The notes under the pieces: model-generated
What the model saw: only the letters and a program-made list of their open reading frames with translations
What the model was told of the DNA's origin: nothing
Database searches by the model: none
Source: a virus
DNA: 64,000 nucleotides
Reading direction: 5' to 3' (one strand)
Virus record (IMG/VR): IMGVR_UViG_3300044729_002129
Span: 54,056 to 118,055 of that record
Part shown: in pieces, positions 29,528 to 37,765 of the stretch
Position numbering within the stretch: the first letter of the stretch is position 1
How the letters are laid out: each line of letters begins with the position of its first letter
Translations under genes and position numbers: made by a program

Positions 29528-30706
29528 CTACCTTCCCACCTCACTAAAATAGTTATTTTTAGCAGTTTGATAGTCCATTCCAATCATTTGATTATAATAA
29601 AGAATATCGTCCTTTAGTCTATTTTCAGCTTTCAAAGTCTGATATCTGGCTATAGCTTTGGCCTTCCACCATTCCAAAATAGCCTTTTCTGTATATAATG
29701 GATTGAATATTAACTTACTTTCATCAATCTTACTGCATAGAAAGTCTTTGGTGTTCTTATATGGACAAGCATAATATGTACCCCGTTCAAATCCATGTAC
29801 ATATGTGCTTTGTTTGATACCCAACTCTGAGAAAATCATACCAATAACTCTAGCTTTTGCTCCAGTTACAGGCCCACTTACACCTTCACGTTGAGTCATA
29901 GCCTTCTGATATTTCTCTGATTTATTATCCTTGATCCAATCATGCCATACTTTGTAAATTGAATCATCTGGTTTAATAGACATTTTACCAGCACTAGTAC
30001 CACATTTGTGCCACCACTTTAGACTATTATACATACTATAACTGCCATAGAGGCTGGTTGTAGTGATTCCAACTAAAAGCTGGTTATATAGAGCCTGCCA
30101 TGCGTTCCTGACCGTCTCTGCCGTGACTAGAGCTGCAATTAACTTACCACCCAAGAAATTATATCCAAACGGCTGGGTACTCATGATACAACTACCAATA
30201 GCACTATGAGCCAATCGTTTGTTTTGTAGTTTATCATCTGGAGTCCAACCAATGTATTTGTCTCGGTCAGTAATAGTAATAACATCGCTGGACATACTAA
30301 TGACTCCCAAATATCTTGGGTTATCCATATTACCATCCGTAATTAGAAACTTAACAAATCTACCTGGTGTTTGAGCAAACTCCATTGTATGAACAAAGGT
30401 TCTAAGCATCAACCAATCGTTCTCTAGAACTTTATTGTTTACATGTACAACGGTAGGATTTAGTTCTTGGATCTCTTTGATAGTCAATGACTCATTGTGA
30501 ATATCAGTTGGAGTCCAAATCTTGGCTTTTGCCTGAACTGCTCTAGAAGAATAGTTATTGAGGCTTTGAACTTCAATCCATTTCTTATAGAAGGTTTGTT
30601 CTTCTACACTCATAGACTTCAAAAAGTCTAGGTTCTCAATCAACTTCTGTTTATTGACATTATAATCAAATGCCTCAACCCCGAAAAATTCTTGTAGTGC
30701 GTCCAT
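29528..30706 (-). CDS. DUF4338-like (Druantia DruA-related) protein
   Basis: LGVISMSSD..RDKYIGW, QPFGYNFLGGKLIA, TTTSLYG..SMYN motifs recalled from this family. Confidence 0.65.
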   Translation of the reverse strand: MDALQEFFGVEAFDYNVNKQKLIENLDFLKSMSVEEQTFYKKWIEVQSLNNYSSRAVQAKAKIWTPTDIHNESLTIKEIQELNPTVVHVNNKVLENDWLMLRTFVHTMEFAQTPGRFVKFLITDGNMDNPRYLGVISMSSDVITITDRDKYIGWTPDDKLQNKRLAHSAIGSCIMSTQPFGYNFLGGKLIAALVTAETVRNAWQALYNQLLVGITTTSLYGSYSMYNSLKWWHKCGTSAGKMSIKPDDSIYKVWHDWIKDNKSEKYQKAMTQREGVSGPVTGAKARVIGMIFSELGIKQSTYVHGFERGTYYACPYKNTKDFLCSKIDESKLIFNPLYTEKAILEWWKAKAIARYQTLKAENRLKDDILYYNQMIGMDYQTAKNNYFSEVGR

Positions 30707-30724
30707 ATTTATATATATCCTATC

Positions 30725-30967
30725 ATGAAGTACAAAAAGATCAATCCAAAAGAAGATACATTCTACATATTCGAAATATCAAGTATCAAGTATGCAATTT
30801 ATGATAGTGCATTTGATGAACCAATATATCACGGCAGTTGGAACATGGTAGAAGGTATCATAAAGAATATAAAAAAACATGCCAAGAGTGCAAATATTCT
30901 TTATTATGTAAAAGATAAAAGCGGACCCTTGTTAATGAGTCCGCTTTGGTCACATAAAGGTGAGTAA
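30725..30967 (+). CDS. Hypothetical protein
   Basis: Fits exactly between neighbours; TATTTAT motif upstream. Confidence 0.6.
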   Translation: MKYKKINPKEDTFYIFEISSIKYAIYDSAFDEPIYHGSWNMVEGIIKNIKKHAKSANILYYVKDKSGPLLMSPLWSHKGE

Positions 30968-31333
30968 TTAAGCAGTCACCTTATCGGTTGAAACATTCTC
31001 AACAACAACTGGAGTTGTTTCTACAACCTTATTATCAATCTTGATAACATTGACATTTAGACCATCCTTGATAATACATCCACGATTCTTTGCCTCAATA
31101 ATATGTTGATCATTAATTGGAGTACAAGCAAGAACCACACGGGGACGACCCTTGCCATTGTGTAGATATCCTACCTCACCAACCTGACCATTATCAATGG
31201 CCTTCTTAAGTCGAACTCGCAAAGTAATATTTACGAATTCAGGATTTGCATTGTTTAGTTCTTCAATAGAAAACACGTTAGTTGGCCATGTTACTACTAG
31301 GTTTGTCTTGTTCTTACGATCTGTCTTTTTCAT
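30968..31333 (-). CDS. Putative winged-helix DNA-binding protein
   Basis: TLRVRLKKAIDNGQV...GKGRP wing-like motif; own promoter. Confidence 0.5.
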   Translation of the reverse strand: MKKTDRKNKTNLVVTWPTNVFSIEELNNANPEFVNITLRVRLKKAIDNGQVGEVGYLHNGKGRPRVVLACTPINDQHIIEAKNRGCIIKDGLNVNVIKIDNKVVETTPVVVENVSTDKVTA

Positions 31334-31373
31334 TTTTTATCCTTGTTTTATTGTTATACTGCGATTTAATAAA

Positions 31374-31401
31374 AGTTTAACACAAATATATTATTCGTCA
31401 A
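31374..31401 (-). promoter_or_regulatory. Sigma70-like promoter
   Basis: TTGACG-N16-TAAACT. Confidence 0.55.
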
Positions 31402-33511
31402 CACTTTCCAACATCTTTTTATTAAGAGTGGAAACGATTTGATTTAGATTATTGAAGTTAATAAAATTACTATCTTTACCATACATAACTTTAAAGTTAT
31501 CACGATGAACATTAGCATAAGAATTATTTTCATATTCTGTAATATAATATGAAATAACCTTATATCCAGCAGACGTAATCTTACTTACCTGTTTACGAGT
31601 GTGTTGTGCAGCAGCAGTACCACTATAGCTATATGATCCATTTGTTGATGAAATCATAAAGCATGGTTCTCCATCACTAATATTGATAAAGTAGTTATCA
31701 CTTTCAACATCACACTTCGTAATGTGTTTCATAATTGCCTCATAACATAGACCTTCAGGAGTTGATCCAGATGGAACGATATAAGGAAATAGATTTTTAA
31801 TCTTACTAAACTTGTCTTTGCGAGAATCATATGCGATTACAACATAAGGATTCTTTCCATATGTAGATCTAATACTAATAGTTACATTAATATTATCCAA
31901 CATAGAAGCAGCCTTAGCAATAGTGGTACACAATTTGATTGTGTTTAACCATTTAACACCACCCATACTAGCACTGCCATCCAATGTAATGTGAAAGTTC
32001 ATCTTCTTATACTTATGTACTGCCGTAGTGTAAAAAATATTTTCTACATCAGCGCCAAGTTCATGAAGAATTCGTTTGTCAATCTTACCAATCTGACGAC
32101 GGCTGAACTTATCAATATTCACTTCGTTACGAAACTGAATACGTTTAGCAAGTTTAACTCCCATCACAATTCCCAAGTTGACATAGTTAGCTACATCATC
32201 ATTGTATAAAGCACGGGTATCAACACTAGTACGACTATAATAGTCATGACTCTTGATTTTCTTCAATACGAACTCAGAAGAATCCATTAGTTCACGGGTC
32301 AAATTCTTTACTACAATGCACTCAATAGCACCAACGCCACCATAGTTGCGAATATAGTCTTGAGCTACATCTGTAATTTCAACCTGACTTTTTTCTAGTA
32401 CATCAAGCAAAGTCTTTTCCTTTTTAGTAACTTTCTTCTTGGAAATCTTCCCATTTAGAAAATCCTTCTGTTTAGAAAAAGCCTTAATAATCTTACCTTG
32501 TTTAGTCTTGCTTACTTTTGGATCACTTCCGATTTCTTTTGATGTATCAGTTTGTGGCTTTACAGAAGTTGTCTCACCTCCCAGAATATCATCCAAACTG
32601 GTAGATGCGTCTCCAGTATCGTTGGAAACCTCTGTTCCACCAATAGTAGTATTGCTATCACCATCTTGTGACTCTTTAGATTCTGATCCTTCCGATCCAT
32701 CACCAGATCCAGGTTCGATGATTTGTTCAGCTGGCTTTTTAGATGCTTCTGTGATATTAGAAAAAACAATCTCAGCGATCTTAAAAGACAACGCGTAACG
32801 ACTAGCTGATGTGTCCAAACGTGAGATGTTTGTCAAATCAATAAGTTTAGCAACATCATACAATCCAGGCAAAGCTCTTAGATCAGTATTAAGATTTGTT
32901 AGGTTGATAATACGATATGAGTATGAATCTGGAGTTGTGGTACGATATAGCTGACTCTTTAGTCCATCATCAATAACTTTACTATTGAAGTACTTATCGT
33001 ATAAAGATTCATAATATCCACGATAACCAGGAGCAGACTTGTAAATACTATAATCAATGTATCGATCTTCGATGTAATTGAAAATCATTTTACAAAACTC
33101 TGCCACCTCTTGTTTTGAAATATTCAAAGGTTCGGTGAGATTATAAATACTGCGAGGTACATTGACATTTATATTCTTGTACAACTCCATGTCACTATAA
33201 ACAATGTGACTAGCTTCATGTAGTGCCAATCCTACAGCAACATCGAAGTTATCCTTCTCATGTACATCACTGCCAATATATACAACCTCACCATCAGTGC
33301 AACTCACATTACTATCATTAAACATCACCGGAATAGACTTACCAGTAAGAATAGTGACATAATTTGAAATTGCACGACGAGCAGACGACAACCGAATGAG
33401 ATCAGCGGTTGACTCTGTTTCAGAGGATGAAACATCTACCATATCGGAATCATCGCTGAAATCCCATTCAATATCGTAGTCTTTATACCAAAAGTCGCTG
33501 TAATTGCTCAT
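31391..33511 (-). CDS. vWA-domain protein with N-terminal HEXXH domain (CobT-like partner of the AAA ATPase)
   Basis: ALHEASH, NYIEDRYID, acidic linker, MIDAS DGSASM, GSTP, ISDGEP. Confidence 0.82.
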   Translation of the reverse strand: MSNYSDFWYKDYDIEWDFSDDSDMVDVSSSETESTADLIRLSSARRAISNYVTILTGKSIPVMFNDSNVSCTDGEVVYIGSDVHEKDNFDVAVGLALHEASHIVYSDMELYKNINVNVPRSIYNLTEPLNISKQEVAEFCKMIFNYIEDRYIDYSIYKSAPGYRGYYESLYDKYFNSKVIDDGLKSQLYRTTTPDSYSYRIINLTNLNTDLRALPGLYDVAKLIDLTNISRLDTSASRYALSFKIAEIVFSNITEASKKPAEQIIEPGSGDGSEGSESKESQDGDSNTTIGGTEVSNDTGDASTSLDDILGGETTSVKPQTDTSKEIGSDPKVSKTKQGKIIKAFSKQKDFLNGKISKKKVTKKEKTLLDVLEKSQVEITDVAQDYIRNYGGVGAIECIVVKNLTRELMDSSEFVLKKIKSHDYYSRTSVDTRALYNDDVANYVNLGIVMGVKLAKRIQFRNEVNIDKFSRRQIGKIDKRILHELGADVENIFYTTAVHKYKKMNFHITLDGSASMGGVKWLNTIKLCTTIAKAASMLDNINVTISIRSTYGKNPYVVIAYDSRKDKFSKIKNLFPYIVPSGSTPEGLCYEAIMKHITKCDVESDNYFINISDGEPCFMISSTNGSYSYSGTAAAQHTRKQVSKITSAGYKVISYYITEYENNSYANVHRDNFKVMYGKDSNFINFNNLNQIVSTLNKKMLESVDE

Positions 33512-33545
33512 ATTAGTTGTCGTATGTTATTTTGTTGTTTATTTA

Positions 33546-34520
33546 TTAAAAAGGAGGTTGTTCTGTCTTTAGAGGATCAGCAAACAACGTTTCCTTTGCA
33601 TTGGTCTTTACATACTTCTGCACCAACTGACGTAGATAAGTGCGCTCACTATCAACGCCACCATCGTCGTTAAAATTAGGATATATCGTAGTCTCTGCAA
33701 TTTCAAGTAAATTAAATCCATCCACGATCAATTCTGCGATTTCCACAGTGCTACGGGTTGGAATAAAGTTGGTCAACTTGCTATCTTCTTGCTTGACCTG
33801 CTTGCGTGTATGATCGGCAATTTCACAAACAGCCTTCAGAATGTCCAACTGATCTACATCAGTTAGGTTGAATCGATTCTTGAGTAGATTAAACTCAGTG
33901 TCCTTGTCAAGAGGATTCATCTCAATCTTTACAGGAAAACGTGATAGAAGAGCACGATCCATAACACGGGTAGCGGTGTACTCATTACCAACGTTTGCGG
34001 TAGCAATAAATGTTACACCATCAGCAACCTTGACCACTTCGTTGTCTTCCTTTTCATCCAAACGAAGATAACGTTGTAGATCATCTAGAACCGTCATTAG
34101 AATATTTACACCATCGTGGTGAGCACGGCTAATTTCATCAAGAAGAATAACAGCATTTGGAGTCTTGATAGCCTTAATAAAGGAAGACTCCTTAAACAAT
34201 GTGCCAGTGTTCTTATCAAAATGAGTATTACCAATCAAAGCACTACGAGCATCTTGCGTAGCACCCAGATTGAAATAGAAAAACTTGTTATCTTTGCCAA
34301 GTACTTTGGCGACGGTCTGAGCGGCAAGCGTCTTGCCACAACCAGTTGGACCAAGAAGCAAAATGTTCTTGCCACGAAGAGCGGATCGTACCATATACTT
34401 CCACTTAATATCATCCATAATCAACGAATCCGGACGAAGGTTGATACAGGTGTTCAAATATGACTTCAAATCAAAGTCAGTTGCGGTGGTCAATTTAGCG
34501 ACGTTTTTTGTGTTCTTCAT
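33546..34520 (-). CDS. MoxR/CbbQ/CobS-like AAA+ ATPase
   Basis: GPTGCGKT (Walker A), LLDEISRA (Walker B), ATAN, MDRALLSRF. Confidence 0.9.
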   Translation of the reverse strand: MKNTKNVAKLTTATDFDLKSYLNTCINLRPDSLIMDDIKWKYMVRSALRGKNILLLGPTGCGKTLAAQTVAKVLGKDNKFFYFNLGATQDARSALIGNTHFDKNTGTLFKESSFIKAIKTPNAVILLDEISRAHHDGVNILMTVLDDLQRYLRLDEKEDNEVVKVADGVTFIATANVGNEYTATRVMDRALLSRFPVKIEMNPLDKDTEFNLLKNRFNLTDVDQLDILKAVCEIADHTRKQVKQEDSKLTNFIPTRSTVEIAELIVDGFNLLEIAETTIYPNFNDDGGVDSERTYLRQLVQKYVKTNAKETLFADPLKTEQPPF

Positions 34521-34544
34521 ATTAAATGTTTCTTACCTAAGATC

Positions 34545-34572
34545 AGTCTATCACGACTTTTTTGAATGTCAA
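34545..34572 (-). promoter_or_regulatory. Sigma70-like promoter
   Basis: TTGACA-N16-TAGACT with extended TG, upstream of the AAA gene. Confidence 0.62.
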
Positions 34573-34630
34573 CGGTCAAAATAAAAAAATACCATGTGTT
34601 TTGTATACAATTTATATAATACTTATAGAT

Positions 34631-35629
34631 ATGAATAATGATGTTTTAATTATTGGACAAATGTACGCTGAAACTGATGAAGAGGTTCTCATGTATGAAA
34701 AGTGCGTACAAAGTTTGAAAAAAATGGGATGTAAGATCATGATTGCTGATAGTTCGTCTTGTCCAACAAAGTTTGATTATATAAATCTCTGTGATTATTA
34801 TTTATATGATAAAGAAAACAGATTGTTTGAAAAACATAAATTTGTCGATGGTCTTATTAATCATTATGTTTTATCTGATAATATCAAATTGAATTATCCA
34901 TGTATTAATCATCCAACTCATGAGTTAAATATTTTATATACAATAACCAAATCTTTTAATTTAGCAAAAACTCTTGGGTATAAATATGTACTTAGACTTG
35001 AGTGTGATGCTGTCTACACAGATGAACATATAGAGTTTTTAAAAAATAAAATACAGGAATGTATATCTTTAAATAAAAACGCAGTTCTGTCCACAATTGA
35101 TGATTGTGAATATGTGTCTACATACATTTTATTCTGTGATATAAATTGGTTTTTTGCAAAAGTTGGAAATATAAGATCTGAATCTGATTGGTACAATTTT
35201 TTGCAAGATAAAAACCTATCTGATAATCCATTAGAAGTGGTTCTTGGTAAAGTTTTAAAAACTAATACTGAGGATTACATAGTCATCGGCAATCAATTAG
35301 ACGTTCAATATTTAAAAGCTTTGAAATATAAAGAAACAAAAAAGTTTTTAGACTCAAAACTATATATTGATTTTTTTAAATCATCAACTGGACAAATATT
35401 CTTCGCCGTAAACAATTGTCACCACGAAATATTCCCAGATAAATTATGTATCTACCAATATATGGAAACCCGTGCAATTGGTAATGAAATAAAAAACCCA
35501 CTCAAAAGTACTGCGTGGGTTGTAGTTGAACAAGATATTATCTGCGTCGAAATTCAAATTGATAATCAAATCATAAAACTATCAAAAGAGGAAGTTTTCT
35601 CGACAAAAAATACCATTGAGTTTTATTAA
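34631..35629 (+). CDS. Hypothetical protein, possibly GT-A-like
   Basis: GYKYVLRLECD resembles a DXD region; very AT-rich; opposite strand to neighbours. Confidence 0.5.
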   Translation: MNNDVLIIGQMYAETDEEVLMYEKCVQSLKKMGCKIMIADSSSCPTKFDYINLCDYYLYDKENRLFEKHKFVDGLINHYVLSDNIKLNYPCINHPTHELNILYTITKSFNLAKTLGYKYVLRLECDAVYTDEHIEFLKNKIQECISLNKNAVLSTIDDCEYVSTYILFCDINWFFAKVGNIRSESDWYNFLQDKNLSDNPLEVVLGKVLKTNTEDYIVIGNQLDVQYLKALKYKETKKFLDSKLYIDFFKSSTGQIFFAVNNCHHEIFPDKLCIYQYMETRAIGNEIKNPLKSTAWVVVEQDIICVEIQIDNQIIKLSKEEVFSTKNTIEFY

Positions 35630-35949
35630 TGATGGTGGTGATGATAATGATGTACTGGACGACCCCACGATCCATGTACAACTACCACCGGTTGTGGTTG
35701 TACATAAACAACAGGAGCAGGTTGATAATATACTACAGGAGCAGGTTGTACTACTACAGGCTGTGCATAAACTACTGGTTGTGGTTGTACATATACAACT
35801 TGTGTTGGAGGATTTACAATTCGATCAATAACGTGAATTACTGCAACTCCGGTCAATACTTTGCCAACCGTAGCCCATTCTCTATCACCAGCAAATGTTT
35901 GGGAAGCTAGAGTTGCGCCCAATGCTGCGATAGTAATCAATTTTTTCAT
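35626..35949 (-). CDS. Secreted PXPV-repeat-like protein with His-rich tail
   Basis: Signal peptide, GDREWATVGKVLTG, repeated VVY-x-QP(A/Q)P, C-terminal HHYHHHHH; AAGGA SD. Confidence 0.7.
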   Translation of the reverse strand: MKKLITIAALGATLASQTFAGDREWATVGKVLTGVAVIHVIDRIVNPPTQVVYVQPQPVVYAQPVVVQPAPVVYYQPAPVVYVQPQPVVVVHGSWGRPVHHYHHHHH

Positions 35950-35976
35950 ATGTATCCTTTTTTTAGATATACTTTT

Positions 35977-36005
35977 ATAGTATATCAAAAGTATAAAGAT
36001 GTCAA
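35977..36005 (-). promoter_or_regulatory. Sigma70-like promoter
   Basis: TTGACA-N17-TACTAT; overlapped by the inverted repeat ATACTTTT..AAAAGTAT. Confidence 0.62.
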
Positions 36006-36641
36006 TTATTTCTTTTTGGCTTTACCACCTTTGGTATATTTAATAACTAACTTCTGTAAATTCTTTGGTAGAGTTGGTGGTGTATAACTTGGCTTTGGAC
36101 TCTTGTGTTGAACTTGAGTTTCAAACTTGCCAACCGCACGCATTGGTTGATCTGGATTATCTTTCTCATCGTTCATGTTCTTGGCCTTAATACTCTTGAC
36201 AACCTTATTGTTCTTTTCTGGATCAACTAGATTTTGTTCGTCAGCTGCTTTATCGGCCTTCTTACCACCTTGTTTATCTTTACTATTATCTACATTACGT
36301 TCGTAAGCGGCATCTACGTAGTTTAAATCTTTAGAGTTTAGTTTTTCTTTAACAAACTTCTTGAGTTCTTCGTAACGAAGATACAACTTTTTGGTTCTGT
36401 CTGAGGCATCTTTGAAGTATTGAACGTCAAAAATATCTTGGGTAATTGGTCTTAGGCTGAAATGATGTGGTTCACACTCACAAATGTTATAATTGCCAGC
36501 GTCATCACATACAATAGGCTTTTTGATGTCTTTTGATAGATTCTCCATCATTTCAGCCCAAGATTTTTGTACTTCCGTTAACTTTTCTTCGATGGTTTCA
36601 CGGATTATTTTCTTTAAAGATTGTTTTAATTTATCGTTCAT
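36006..36641 (-). CDS. Hypothetical protein (late-type, possibly internal virion protein)
   Basis: Highly charged; TATTTAT upstream; LKKIIRETIEE N-terminus. Confidence 0.6.
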   Translation of the reverse strand: MNDKLKQSLKKIIRETIEEKLTEVQKSWAEMMENLSKDIKKPIVCDDAGNYNICECEPHHFSLRPITQDIFDVQYFKDASDRTKKLYLRYEELKKFVKEKLNSKDLNYVDAAYERNVDNSKDKQGGKKADKAADEQNLVDPEKNNKVVKSIKAKNMNDEKDNPDQPMRAVGKFETQVQHKSPKPSYTPPTLPKNLQKLVIKYTKGGKAKKK

Positions 36642-36694
36642 ATAGCGTGCCTATCTTATAAATATAGGATCAGTTAAATAAACGAATAAATTAA

Positions 36695-37753
36695 TTACAA
36701 CTTAAAGTCATCGAATGCACCTTCTGTAATGGTATTATCAATACCTTTTACATAACTACTCAATTCAGTTTCTTGAGGAGCTACTTGTAGTTTCTTACTA
36801 TCGTAGTAACTATCCAACCATCCAGCTAATGGATTAGTTTTGGTATTAGGATACAATTTCTTATATCCAATACTTGATAGTCTGTTATTAGCCAACCACT
36901 CAATGTATTGTTTTAAACTTTCAGCGGTCAATCCAATCAAACTTCCTTTGCTAAATAGATAATCGGCCCAATCCTTTTCAGCATTAACTGCCATTTCATA
37001 AGCAGCATAAACCTTATCTTCGTTCTTTTTGACAATATCTTGGAATCCTTCATCTGGATTGTTAATCCAATTCTTCATGATGTTCTGAGTAATAGCTACG
37101 TGAAGATTTTCATCTCTACTGATAAACTTAATAATCTTACTATTACCCTCCATCTTTCCACGATATCCAAAATAGAAACTACAAGCAAATGATACGTAGA
37201 AGATCAACCCTTCAGTAATTTGAGTTGCCAATACCGCATCAAACAATTGTTGTTTAACATCATCTGATGGTGTTAGTAGTTCATCATACTTCTTACTGAT
37301 TGCGGTAGCTCTCTTAACAATTTCTTGGTCTTCCAAGACACTATCAAAGAATTTAGTAGCATCTGGATAAACATTGTTAAGAATGTATGTGTAACTATTA
37401 CTATGAATAGTTTCAAAGAAACTCCATGCATTCATGCAAATTTCCAATTCACTATTTGTTACGTGTTTCATAAGTTCATGAATACTACGACTCAACATAC
37501 TATCAGTCATAGTTTGAAACTTAAGGTTACTATCAAATACGAATCGTTCTTCTGGTGAAAGATTCTTGTAATCACTGATGTCTTTGACAAGAGAAACTTC
37601 CTGTGGTCTCCAGAAGAAATTCAATTGTTGATCATACAAATCGTAGAATTTAGGATACTTGATCAAGTCATATCGTTGTAATGATAGATCTTCTCCAAAG
37701 AACATTGGATTTCTTAACTGGTCTATATTTTTCTTATTTAACACCGTTTTCAT
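36695..37753 (-). CDS. nrdB: Ribonucleotide reductase class Ia beta subunit
   Basis: FFWRPQEV, ETIHS.SY, EGLIFY.SFA, RDENLH, APQETE. Confidence 0.97.
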   Translation of the reverse strand: MKTVLNKKNIDQLRNPMFFGEDLSLQRYDLIKYPKFYDLYDQQLNFFWRPQEVSLVKDISDYKNLSPEERFVFDSNLKFQTMTDSMLSRSIHELMKHVTNSELEICMNAWSFFETIHSNSYTYILNNVYPDATKFFDSVLEDQEIVKRATAISKKYDELLTPSDDVKQQLFDAVLATQITEGLIFYVSFACSFYFGYRGKMEGNSKIIKFISRDENLHVAITQNIMKNWINNPDEGFQDIVKKNEDKVYAAYEMAVNAEKDWADYLFSKGSLIGLTAESLKQYIEWLANNRLSSIGYKKLYPNTKTNPLAGWLDSYYDSKKLQVAPQETELSSYVKGIDNTITEGAFDDFKL

Positions 37754-37765
37754 TTTATCCTCCTA

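Noticed and set aside
31391-34520. Cobalamin biosynthesis (cobS/cobT)
   Set aside because: No cobN or other cob genes; a generic MoxR-vWA pair explains the motifs
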